Positions 45,230-53,003 of a stretch of 53,003 nt of DNA are shown piece by piece. Numbering within the stretch: the stretch's first letter is position 1; the number at the start of each line of letters is the position of its first letter. This DNA comes from Candidatus Falkowbacteria bacterium. GTDB lineage: Bacteria; Patescibacteriota; Patescibacteriia; UBA11705; JABHMO01. Position numbers and translations under genes: made by a program. The DNA lies in the NCBI GenBank assembly GCA_018693855.1, contig JABHMO010000006.1, positions 1 through 53,003 on the forward strand, read 5' to 3'. A model generated the notes under the pieces. It was not told the DNA's origin and did no database searches. It saw only the letters and a list, made by a program, of their open reading frames with translations.

Positions 45230-45637
45230 ATGGCTATAAACAAACCAAAGTTCGTTGCTGCTAACAATTTCACTCATATGAACAAAGCAGAATTAGCAAA
45301 CTTAATCAGTGACAGAGTTGGTGTCACAAAGAAACAAGCAGAAGACATGCTTGACCTTCTAACTCAAACTATTATTGGGACTATTAAAGAAGGTGGGGAC
45401 GTAACATTAACTGGTTTTGGTACTTTCTCAGCAAGAATTAGAAAAGGCCGAACTGGAGTAAACCCACAAAACCCAAGCGAATCAATCGAGATTCCTCCAA
45501 CAAAAGTTGTAAAATTCAAAGCTGGAAAAACACTTAAAGATGAACTAAAAGCAAGTCAACACGTTGAAAACGCAGTTGAACCTAACGAAGCTCCAGCAGA
45601 AGAGGAGACAACTCCAGAAGAACCAACGGAAATGTAA
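45230..45637 (+). CDS. hup: HU family DNA-binding protein with acidic C-terminal tail
   Basis: Contains MNKAELANLIS...GFGTFSAR...GVNPQNP. An alternative start at 45278 gives the canonical MNKAEL N-terminus. Confidence 0.9.
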   Translation: MAINKPKFVAANNFTHMNKAELANLISDRVGVTKKQAEDMLDLLTQTIIGTIKEGGDVTLTGFGTFSARIRKGRTGVNPQNPSESIEIPPTKVVKFKAGKTLKDELKASQHVENAVEPNEAPAEEETTPEEPTEM

Positions 45638-45650
45638 AGAATCAACATAT

Positions 45651-45680
45651 AAAAAAATCTCCAGATAATGGAGATTTTTT
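45651..45680 (+). terminator. hup terminator
   Basis: ATCTCCA/TGGAGAT followed by a T-run. Confidence 0.7.
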
Positions 45681-45719
45681 CGTTGAATAAATATACGTTT
45701 TCTTGTATAATATATTTAT

Positions 45720-46244
45720 ATGCAAAAAGACTTTTACAAAGATTGGCAGAAACATCTAGAACACCTTGACGAGCACTATCGTCCTGATGTTTTCTTTGGG
45801 GAATCGAATCGGCCAGATAATAACTCGGTTGGGATTAAAGACGATTTTAATGGTGAGGATTTCTTTGATCAAGAGATCGAAGAAGAGGGACAATTAAGCC
45901 TCGATATCTATCAAGACGAGAAAAATGTCTACGTAATTGCACCTATTGCAGGAATCGATCCAAAAAATATTCAAATTATACTTGAACAAGATGTACTAAC
46001 GATAAAAGGCGAACGAAAAAAACAGTTTGAGATTGAAGAGAAAAATTCCATCTTCAGAGAATGCCACTGGGGAAACTTCTCACGAAGTGTTATCTTGCCA
46101 ACAGTAGTTAAAGAAAAAGAAGTTGAAGCGAAGTTTAATAAGGGAGTACTTGAGATTGTTTTACCGAAGAGAGAAGAAGGTGGAGCTGTTAAAATCGAAG
46201 TGAATCGGGGTAAATCGAAGCCTCTCGACTCCGCTCGAGATTAA
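45720..46244 (+). CDS. Hsp20/alpha-crystallin family protein
   Basis: Alpha-crystallin core with GVLEIVLPK. The last 7-8 codons run into a palindromic repeat unit. Confidence 0.85.
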   Translation: MQKDFYKDWQKHLEHLDEHYRPDVFFGESNRPDNNSVGIKDDFNGEDFFDQEIEEEGQLSLDIYQDEKNVYVIAPIAGIDPKNIQIILEQDVLTIKGERKKQFEIEEKNSIFRECHWGNFSRSVILPTVVKEKEVEAKFNKGVLEIVLPKREEGGAVKIEVNRGKSKPLDSARD

Positions 46245-46281
46245 ATAAATCGAAGCTTTATCACAAACAATTCATAGATAT

Positions 46282-46488
46282 ATGAAAGGAATAATAGATA
46301 GAATTGAAGAGGGAGTCGCTGTTATAAAACTAAATAATGGCGAGCAGATAAATTATCCTGTGGATGATTTACTTTTTGATATTAAAGAAGGGGATGCGAT
46401 AGATTTATTAATTACAAAAAACGAAACAAATACAATAGAAGCTGCAGACGATGCAAAGAATTTTTTAAATGATATATTAAAAGACTAA
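46282..46488 (+). CDS. DUF3006-like small protein
   Basis: 68 aa with the pattern IDRIEEGVAVIKL...EGDAIDL. Confidence 0.55.
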   Translation: MKGIIDRIEEGVAVIKLNNGEQINYPVDDLLFDIKEGDAIDLLITKNETNTIEAADDAKNFLNDILKD

Positions 46489-46494
46489 ATATGT

Positions 46495-48426
46495 ATGAAA
46501 GAAGAAATTGAGAAAATCGAAGAGATCATTAAACCAAAAAGAAGCTACAAATGGTTAATTATAACTGGAGTCATTATTATTGTTATCCTTCTCCTACTAG
46601 CAGGAGCATCGGTCGGACTAGCTTATGGATATAAAAACAAGATTTATCCTGGAGTAAAAACCAACGGTCTAGACTTAAGCGGACTAACAGTAGAACAAAC
46701 AATAAATATTTTAGATGGGAAAGAGAAAAAAACCTTTGATAAAGGTTTTGATTTCACTTACGAAGGAAAAACCAAAAATATTCCGAACGAGAATAATGAA
46801 CTTTTTGATTTAAACAGTGATATCATCGCAGAAGAAGCTTACAAAATTGGACGAGACAATCATTACATAATAAATCAACTTTACCTACTTGTTTTACCAA
46901 TCATTGGTCATGAAACAGGGCTTGATTATAAACTTGATAAAAATTTATTAAAAGAAACACTAAGCCAAGAGTTTGCGCTCGAGGAAAATCCAGCAGAGAA
47001 CTCTGAACCTCAAATAAAAATTATTGATAATGAAACAAAAGAGTTTGATATAACTTTTACAGACTCAAAACGGGGTAAAACAATTCATTATTTTGATGCT
47101 TTTGAGAAATTAGAAGCAAACATCAGTCATCTTTCAAATGAAAAAATTCATCTAGACGGTCAAATTGACGAACCGAAAATAACTACGGCTCTTGCCAATA
47201 AACAAAAAGAAAAAATCAGCGACTTATTAAAAGCAACTGACGAAATTGAGTTTACATATGAAGATGATAGCTGGACAACCAGCTGGAACGACTTCACTCA
47301 CTGGGTCGCACTTGATCTAGACGAGAACGAAGATGTTATAATCACATTAAACGAAGAGATGGTCGACGGAAAACTAGAGTCAATTGCTCAAGAAATTAAC
47401 CAAGAAGCAAAAGACGCAAAACTTCAAATAGTAAACGATAAAGTAACTGATTTTCAAACACATAAAAACGGTCTTGAATTAAATAAAGAAGAAAGTCTAG
47501 CAACAACTATTGAAACAATCACAAAAGATAACAATTTCAAGATAGCACTAGCAGTCGAAGTAACAGAACCGGAAGTAAAGATCGAAAGTATTAATAATTT
47601 AGGAATTAAAGAGATCATTGGATCAGGCTGGTCTGATTATTCAGGAAGTCCTGCAAACAGAAGACACAACATAGCCGTTGGAGCAGCAGCAGTTAACGGA
47701 ACACTACTCGCTCCAGGTGAAGAGTTTTCACTCGTTGGCACACTTGGCCCAGTTGATGCCGGGAATGGTTACAAACCAGAACTTGTAATAAAAGGTAACG
47801 AAACAATTCCTGAGTACGGTGGTGGACTTTGCCAAGTTGCCACAACAGTTTTCCGAGGAGCGCTAGATTCTGGATTAGCAATCACTCAAAGACGAAACCA
47901 TCGATACAGAGTTTCATACTACGAACCAGCTGGAACTGACGCAACTATTTACATTCCACAACCTGACGTTCGACTTGTTAATGACACAGACAATCACGTA
48001 TTAATTCAAGCAAAACTATGGGGAAACAACCTTGTATTTGAGTTCTGGGGAACAAGTGATGGTCGAGAAGTTGTATTTGAAGGAAACAACACAACCTCTG
48101 ACTTTTCAAAACTACAACCGATCATATTCAACATAACTTCTCCCGGACCAGCTAAAGAAATTGAAACAACTGAGCTTGCACCTGGCGAAAGACGTAGACA
48201 AGAGAGCGCTCACAATGGAGCTGACGCAGTCTTCTACAGAACAATCATAAAAGACGGTAAAGAAGAAAAAGAGACTTACGAAAGTCACTACGTGGCTTGG
48301 CAAGCAGTATACCTCGTTGGAATAGATCCTGAACAGAAAGAGAAAGAAGCTCAAGAAGAGCTAGAAAAGTTGCAAGATGAATTCAAAGAAGAAAGTGGAG
48401 ATGAAGTTGCTCCATTTGAAGAATAA
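46495..48426 (+). CDS. VanW family protein (membrane-anchored)
   Basis: N-terminal TM helix and the VanW core PGEEFSLV...GGGLCQVATTVFRGALDSGL. Confidence 0.85.
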   Translation: MKEEIEKIEEIIKPKRSYKWLIITGVIIIVILLLLAGASVGLAYGYKNKIYPGVKTNGLDLSGLTVEQTINILDGKEKKTFDKGFDFTYEGKTKNIPNENNELFDLNSDIIAEEAYKIGRDNHYIINQLYLLVLPIIGHETGLDYKLDKNLLKETLSQEFALEENPAENSEPQIKIIDNETKEFDITFTDSKRGKTIHYFDAFEKLEANISHLSNEKIHLDGQIDEPKITTALANKQKEKISDLLKATDEIEFTYEDDSWTTSWNDFTHWVALDLDENEDVIITLNEEMVDGKLESIAQEINQEAKDAKLQIVNDKVTDFQTHKNGLELNKEESLATTIETITKDNNFKIALAVEVTEPEVKIESINNLGIKEIIGSGWSDYSGSPANRRHNIAVGAAAVNGTLLAPGEEFSLVGTLGPVDAGNGYKPELVIKGNETIPEYGGGLCQVATTVFRGALDSGLAITQRRNHRYRVSYYEPAGTDATIYIPQPDVRLVNDTDNHVLIQAKLWGNNLVFEFWGTSDGREVVFEGNNTTSDFSKLQPIIFNITSPGPAKEIETTELAPGERRRQESAHNGADAVFYRTIIKDGKEEKETYESHYVAWQAVYLVGIDPEQKEKEAQEELEKLQDEFKEESGDEVAPFEE

Positions 48427-48440
48427 AAACCATACAGAAT

Positions 48441-48478
48441 AATAAATAACCGAGAATGCGCATTCTCGGTTATTTATT
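48441..48478 (+). terminator. VanW gene terminator (long palindrome)
   Basis: The sequence is AATAAATAACCGAGAATGCGCATTCTCGGTTATTTATT. Confidence 0.7.
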
Positions 48479-48501
48479 ATTTCAGTTTTCTCCAATTATA
48501 A

Positions 48502-48525
48502 AAGCCGCCCTATCGAGGACGGCTT
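48502..48525 (-). terminator. PurH-like gene terminator
   Basis: AAGCCGtCC/GGgCGGCTT followed by a T-rich tract on the minus strand. Confidence 0.55.
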
Positions 48526-48534
48526 GCTATCTGC

Positions 48535-50160
48535 TTAGTGACAGCAGAACCCACGCGCATCTTTATCCGGCAAAGTAAGGAACGCCACGCCACCGAGTCG
48601 GAACGTTTCACGAACTGCCTCATCCCGAACTGACCCAGATGTCGCCAAAACAACACCAACACCAGCGCGACACAGAACCTTCGGGCCATCTTCAAATGGG
48701 AAGAAGCTGTCACTGCGGACAGCTGCACCATTTACATTATGGCCTGCGTCAAAAGCTCGTTTAATTGCTAACTCGCAACAGCCGACCCTGTCTTGTTGGC
48801 CAACACCGTTACCGATAAGCATTCCGCCTTTGACAATTGTGACGGTGTTACTATTACTAGTTCGACAAATCACGTCAGCCAACAGCAAGTCCAACCATTG
48901 CTCCTCTGACAAAGTAAGATCTGAAGGCCTTTTAAGGTTGGGATCATTGAAATCCAAAATGAAAGAATTACTCGGCTGAGTTAACAATCCACCTCGAACC
49001 TGACGAACTACTTGCTCTTGCTGCAAGGAGTCACGATCAAGTGAGTCAAGAGCTGGGTTCGTCATCAGGAAACAGCCACGACTCGACAAGAAATCAAATG
49101 ACCTCTCCGAAAACGAAGGTGCTACAACACCGGACAACCTTCGCGGCTTATCTTGTCCATGCTCAATCAACGCTTCGGCCTCATCGATACCGATATGGAA
49201 ATTCGTCATAACAACGCCACCGAAGATAGCACGCAAATCGCCTGTTACCATTTTCTCACAAGCAATAACCGGACTTGCAGAGAACGCTGCACCGCACGGA
49301 TTTCCATGCTTTACGCCAATCGCAAAGTTGGGCATCTCCTTACCGTTGAAATGAACATCGAAAGTTGCTGCTGCCGTTGTCATAGTAGTAAGCACTCGAT
49401 CAACATCCGTCCAATTGACAAAACCAATCGGATTTTTCGTCAAAAACTTGAATCGATGCAATGCAAGAGGATCTTTTGTATCCGTCGCATAGAGAGCTGC
49501 TGGCACTTGTGGACCGTTTTCACCGTATTTCAACGCACAAACAAATTCAGCAAACGTGGCGAAGAACTTTCCTTTGCCATGGAATAATGCTGAGAGGCTC
49601 ACGTATTTACAGACCTCGAACTCAGTTCGAGCGTTTAGACTCTGCATATACGCTTCAGGATCAGGTTTCCCTGCTTCAACCCACTTAATATATTCATCCA
49701 CTTCCTCAGCACGACAAATCGCGAATCGGTTCTCACCTTTTGCTGCTTCACGAAGCATCGTCGGCCCACCGATATCGGTTGCGTCGATAACTGACTGACA
49801 GGTTGCACCAACTGCCTCAACAGCAGATCGAAGATCATACGGATCGCAATAAACCAAATCAATTCTTGAAACACCCAGTTTAGCCAACTCTTCGTCAGCC
49901 TCCTTGGTCCATGGAGCTAACAAAGCAGCCGCCACTTCCCGCGAGAGAGTAACCACTAAATGATTAAAAATCGCAGTGCCACCGACCCAGTCTGCAACAT
50001 TCTGAACAGTCAAACCTAAACCAGATAAATGCGTATGTGTGCCACCTGAAGCGAGAAGCTTCCAACCGCGCTTTGCAAGAAAACTTGCTAGGCGGAAAAC
50101 TTCCGAACCCTTTTTGTAAGATGAAAATAATGCAACTTTCTGACGAGACTCTTCTTTCAT
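48535..50160 (-). CDS. purH: Divergent PurH-like protein (AICAR transformylase / IMP cyclohydrolase fold)
   Basis: Contains ASGGT, DIGGPTMLREAAKG, LKYGENGPQ, KHGNPCGAA, GVGQQDRV and SDSFFPFEDG. It is markedly G+C-richer than its neighbours and the C-terminus is atypical (RGFCCH). Confidence 0.75.
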   Translation of the reverse strand: MKEESRQKVALFSSYKKGSEVFRLASFLAKRGWKLLASGGTHTHLSGLGLTVQNVADWVGGTAIFNHLVVTLSREVAAALLAPWTKEADEELAKLGVSRIDLVYCDPYDLRSAVEAVGATCQSVIDATDIGGPTMLREAAKGENRFAICRAEEVDEYIKWVEAGKPDPEAYMQSLNARTEFEVCKYVSLSALFHGKGKFFATFAEFVCALKYGENGPQVPAALYATDTKDPLALHRFKFLTKNPIGFVNWTDVDRVLTTMTTAAATFDVHFNGKEMPNFAIGVKHGNPCGAAFSASPVIACEKMVTGDLRAIFGGVVMTNFHIGIDEAEALIEHGQDKPRRLSGVVAPSFSERSFDFLSSRGCFLMTNPALDSLDRDSLQQEQVVRQVRGGLLTQPSNSFILDFNDPNLKRPSDLTLSEEQWLDLLLADVICRTSNSNTVTIVKGGMLIGNGVGQQDRVGCCELAIKRAFDAGHNVNGAAVRSDSFFPFEDGPKVLCRAGVGVVLATSGSVRDEAVRETFRLGGVAFLTLPDKDARGFCCH

Positions 50161-50231
50161 GATCTGATTCCTTTATAGATGAAGTGATTATCAATGTACT
50201 ACTCACTGGAACAGTATGTTCCAATTACAGT

Positions 50232-50260
50232 ATACTACATGAATACTTAAATGTAGTCAA
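50232..50260 (-). promoter_or_regulatory. TTGACT-N17-TAGTAT promoter for the PurH-like gene
   Basis: Read directly from the sequence. It lies about 65 nt upstream of the ATG. Confidence 0.55.
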
Positions 50261-50269
50261 TTCTATTTA

Positions 50270-50407
50270 AAATAAAAAAATCTCCTTAAACAGGCAGACA
50301 AGAAATTTTCATTAAGGCGAAATCGAGCCGGAGCCAGATTTTACCTGAAATGAAAATCCCATGCTTGTCGTGTCTGCCAATTCAAAGAGACTTTGACACT
50401 AACTTGA
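50270..50407 (-). ncRNA. Candidate rod-shaped sRNA of about 140 nt (unclassified)
   Basis: The promoter at 50414..50442 is followed by a long interrupted hairpin whose outer stem is directly followed by a U7 run. Confidence 0.35.
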
Positions 50408-50413
50408 TATATT

Positions 50414-50442
50414 ATTTTAACATCATTATTTTTATTTGTCAA
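50414..50442 (-). promoter_or_regulatory. TTGACA-N17-TAAAAT promoter
   Basis: Read directly from the sequence (reverse strand). Confidence 0.6.
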
Positions 50443-50492
50443 TAGAACTTTTTGTCTAAATTTAGCACAATTCGTTTTTCATTAAAAGACAC

Positions 50493-50517
50493 AAAAACAG
50501 CCCTTTGAGCTGTTTTT
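50493..50517 (-). terminator. clpP terminator
   Basis: AAAAACAGC/GCTGTTTTT. Confidence 0.6.
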
Positions 50518-50603
50518 ATTATATCAGATTATTAAACATCCATCTAGTCCTATTTTTTTCAGATTATCATTATTACTAAAAGCTAATAACTAAAAACTAA
50601 CAG

Positions 50604-51179
50604 CTAGCTAACAATCTTATCAATCAACCCATAATCCATAGACTCTTGAGCTGTCATGTAGTAATCTCGATCCGTATCTTTTTCAACTTGCTTAAGAGGT
50701 TTGCCTGTATTTTTTGCCAGAATCTTATTCAAATTGTCTTTTACCTTTAGAATTTCCTCAGCTTGAATCTTTATATCACTAGCTTGTCCTTGAGCTCCAC
50801 CCATTACTTGATGAATCATTATCTTTGAATTTGGCAAGGCAAATCGCTTACCTTTCTTCCCTGACGCTAAGAGAAATGCGCCCATCGAAGCAGCTAAACC
50901 AATACAGATTGTTGTAACATCTGGCTTAATATAGTTCATCGTATCAAAGATTGCCATACCAGCACTGACTGATCCTCCAGGGGAATTGATGTAAAGTTTG
51001 ATATCCTTTGTAGAGTCTTCGCTCTCTAAAAATAATAGCTGAGCAATAACAGAATTAGCAATATTATCATCAATTGGAGTGCCGATGAAAATGATTCTGT
51101 CTTTTAATAATCTAGAATAAATATCATATGCTCGCTCACCGTGATGAGTTTTTTCTATAACTGTTGGAATTAGGTTCAT
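50604..51179 (-). CDS. clpP: ATP-dependent Clp protease proteolytic subunit
   Basis: 191 aa, with [11 protein letters not shown] (Ser) and IMIHQVMGG (His). Confidence 0.96.
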   Translation of the reverse strand: MNLIPTVIEKTHHGERAYDIYSRLLKDRIIFIGTPIDDNIANSVIAQLLFLESEDSTKDIKLYINSPGGSVSAGMAIFDTMNYIKPDVTTICIGLAASMGAFLLASGKKGKRFALPNSKIMIHQVMGGAQGQASDIKIQAEEILKVKDNLNKILAKNTGKPLKQVEKDTDRDYYMTAQESMDYGLIDKIVS

Positions 51180-51231
51180 AGAATCGCAAGAGGGCTATAG
51201 AAGGCTATAGAAGGCCTCGAAGAGGGCTTGA
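51180..51231 (-). repeat. Family-1 leader repeat, clpP copy
   Basis: The reverse strand ends with GCGATTCT followed by ATG. Confidence 0.85.
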
Positions 51232-51335
51232 ATAACAATCTGCCGACTAACTGTTAATATATAGTATTAAACTACTTTTGAATTAAAAAGTCAAGATTAT
51301 ACTAATTTTAGCCCTTTCTCATCTCTTGTGATTAT

Positions 51336-51367
51336 GTTACGTGCTATGTGATACGTGCTACGTGTCC
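51336..51367 (-). repeat. CACGTAGCACGTA-word array (upstream of the clpP leader)
   Basis: Same orientation relative to the downstream gene as the rpsA copy. Confidence 0.7.
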
Positions 51368-51372
51368 ACCTA

Positions 51373-51401
51373 TTGACAAATTATTGGAAATATGCTATAA
51401 T
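51373..51401 (+). promoter_or_regulatory. Sigma-70 consensus promoter TTGACA-N17-TATAAT with TG extension
   Basis: Read directly from the sequence. Confidence 0.7.
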
Positions 51402-51407
51402 GTTCTA

Positions 51408-51840
51408 TTAAATATCTAGTGTTGTTAAGGGTGATGTAGAGGAGAGAGGTTACCCTTCTAGCAATTAGTCTTAGGACTTCTAGCTGGATTCAACCCCATC
51501 ATCAACTGTTTGCTTAGTAGGAATAAATTTATTTTACGTCCAAAAAGCAAACTTATTCCTCTATATCACTATTAACAATACAAGCAGTATTGAATGGATG
51601 AACTTGATGAGGAATCGGCGGGTTACAATCATTTTTTATGAACCCAAACCATCCTCATCATATTCATCCATTTATATATGAATTTCGAAGTGAGTAGACA
51701 CCCCCCTTTGGAGGGAAAACCTCTCTCCTCGTATCTTTCCCTGTGAAAGATACTGTCTACTCACTTGGAGATTCATTGCTTTGCTCTGAGTTTCCAATTC
51801 GTTTAAGGCCGTGATCTCTCGTAGATTCACGGCCTTTTTC
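51408..51840 (+). ncRNA. Candidate large structured ncRNA (unclassified)
   Basis: Bounded by the perfect promoter 51373..51401 and the terminator 51805..51839. It has no ORF of 60 aa or more and multiple perfect 9-13-bp helices. Confidence 0.45.
51805..51839 (+). terminator. Intrinsic terminator of the candidate ncRNA
   Basis: AAGGCCGTGA/TCACGGCCTT followed by TTT. Confidence 0.7.
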
Positions 51841-51941
51841 ATTTGTAAAAAATAAAAACATGAGCATATCTGCTTAGACTAAACAATAAAATTATGCTAA
51901 AATGAGAAATATAAAGAACTCATTTTTTATTTCAAAAAAAT

Positions 51942-53003
51942 ATGGCAAAAAGAAGAAAAAAACGTCGATATCATAAAGCCGAGTACTACAGTCTTAGCCC
52001 AGAAGCAAAACGAGGAATAGTAATTATAGTTTTATTCGCATTAGCAATTTTAAGTATCCTTAGTTTTTTGAGTCTGTCAGGTATGGTTGGCGGTTATATT
52101 GATTTTGCTTTAGGAATTACATTCGGTTGGGGTAGATATCTATTTCCTTTAATTTTAATTGCGATTGGTTACGTTCTAGCACGACCAAACAGTTACGAAG
52201 TTAACATTGTAAATTATATCGGAATTTTTCTTCTAGCAATCAGTATCCAAGGTTTACTTCACTTAAGGTTCAGCCAAATGAATTCACTCGAGTTCGCTTA
52301 CAGCGGTATTGGTGGTGGAATAGTTGGCTTTGGCGTAAACTATTTTCTGGTAATGTATTTAGGAATGATTGCCACATTGATAATTTTAATAGCACTTTTT
52401 GTGACTTCTCTGGTTTTAAGTTTTAATACAGGTATTGAGAAAATATTAGAAAAAATAAATATCTTCAGTCTAGTTCCATTCGGAGAGAAAGAACAAACAG
52501 ATGAAGATGAGAACAATGATGATGACGACGAAGAGGAAGAAGATGATGAGGAGGAGTACGAAGAAGACGAAGACGAGGAAGACTCAAAACTTGAAACAGT
52601 TCGAGCATTACCAAAAGAATTACTAAAAAGACAACCAACTAATTATAAATCTCCAAAAATCAAAATTGATTTACCGATAAGTTTACTTGATCAAACTACT
52701 TCAAAACCAATGAGTGGAGATATTAATGCTGGAATGGATAAGATCGCACACACTCTTGAGAATTTCAACATCCCAGTTGAGATGAGCACGGTAAAAGTTG
52801 GTCCAACTGTTACTCAATACACATTCAAACCAGCAGAGGGAATTAAACTTTCTAGAATTACTGGGCTAAATAATGATCTTGCTCTAGCACTAGCAGCTCA
52901 TCCCATTAGAATTGAAGCTCCGATTCCGGGAAAATCTCTTGTAGGAATAGAAGTGCCAAACCAAAAACCTGCCATCGTTAGAATAAGAGAAACCTTTGAA
53001 TCA
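51942..53003 (+). CDS. ftsK: DNA translocase FtsK, 3' end outside window (absent from ORF track)
   Basis: The frame is open from ATG 51942 to the window end. It has N-terminal TM helices, an acidic linker and the PIRIEAPIPGKSLVGIEVPN motif. Confidence 0.88.
   Translation, partial: MAKRRKKRRYHKAEYYSLSPEAKRGIVIIVLFALAILSILSFLSLSGMVGGYIDFALGITFGWGRYLFPLILIAIGYVLARPNSYEVNIVNYIGIFLLAISIQGLLHLRFSQMNSLEFAYSGIGGGIVGFGVNYFLVMYLGMIATLIILIALFVTSLVLSFNTGIEKILEKINIFSLVPFGEKEQTDEDENNDDDDEEEEDDEEEYEEDEDEEDSKLETVRALPKELLKRQPTNYKSPKIKIDLPISLLDQTTSKPMSGDINAGMDKIAHTLENFNIPVEMSTVKVGPTVTQYTFKPAEGIKLSRITGLNNDLALALAAHPIRIEAPIPGKSLVGIEVPNQKPAIVRIRETFES

Noticed and set aside
50283-50395. ZTP (pfl) riboswitch upstream of the purH-like gene. 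UUGGCAGAC and GUCUGCCUG resemble the CUGGCG and CCGCCUGGGC pseudoknot elements.
   Set aside because: The conserved 3' UGGGC is missing (UGUUU instead) and the P1/P2 consensus is not reproduced. A good promoter also lies between the element and the gene. A cmscan is needed for a decisive answer.
51408-51840. Known housekeeping RNAs (tmRNA, RNase P, SRP, 6S) for the 51.4-kb structured region.
   Set aside because: None of the signature motifs I can recall is present. I therefore left it as unclassified rather than naming a family.
1-53003. Alternative genetic code (UGA reassignment, as in some candidate phyla).
   Set aside because: All large conserved genes are uninterrupted under the standard code, and several genes end in TGA (for example 3804..4001 and 15080..15235).

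Overview
AT-rich window using the standard genetic code; TGA acts as a stop and the large genes are intact. The gene content suggests a reduced, Patescibacteria/CPR-like bacterium: DUF4012, SWIB, four-helix-bundle and GxxExxY genes, and scattered monocistronic housekeeping genes. The lineage call is inference. The core genes are leuS, rnhB, gdh, trxB, trxA, infB, ftsH, rpoC, rpoB, a Mur ligase, rbfA, a DHH phosphoesterase, gyrA, rpsA, rny, a ymdB-like gene, hup, hsp20, a VanW gene, clpP and ftsK. I found no rRNA, tRNA, CRISPR array, transposase or integrase. Five things stand out. (1) Two promoter-to-terminator, ORF-poor, heavily structured transcripts at about 51.4 kb and 50.3 kb, plus a G+C-rich island at about 5.7-6.3 kb whose ORF carries twin tetraloop hairpins. 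(2) About eleven single-gene orphan units, mostly visibly G+C-richer, each with a consensus promoter, a strong Shine-Dalgarno and usually a terminator, while essentially every core gene lacks a Shine-Dalgarno. (3) Intergenic spacers built from degenerate tandem 8-11-nt words. Several word families recur at distant loci in a fixed orientation and directly abut start codons. (4) The GxxExxY and four-helix-bundle genes are bracketed by inverted copies of these arrays. (5) A divergent lone PurH-like gene. No known defence or mobile system was recognised. GC statements are by-eye estimates, not computed values.
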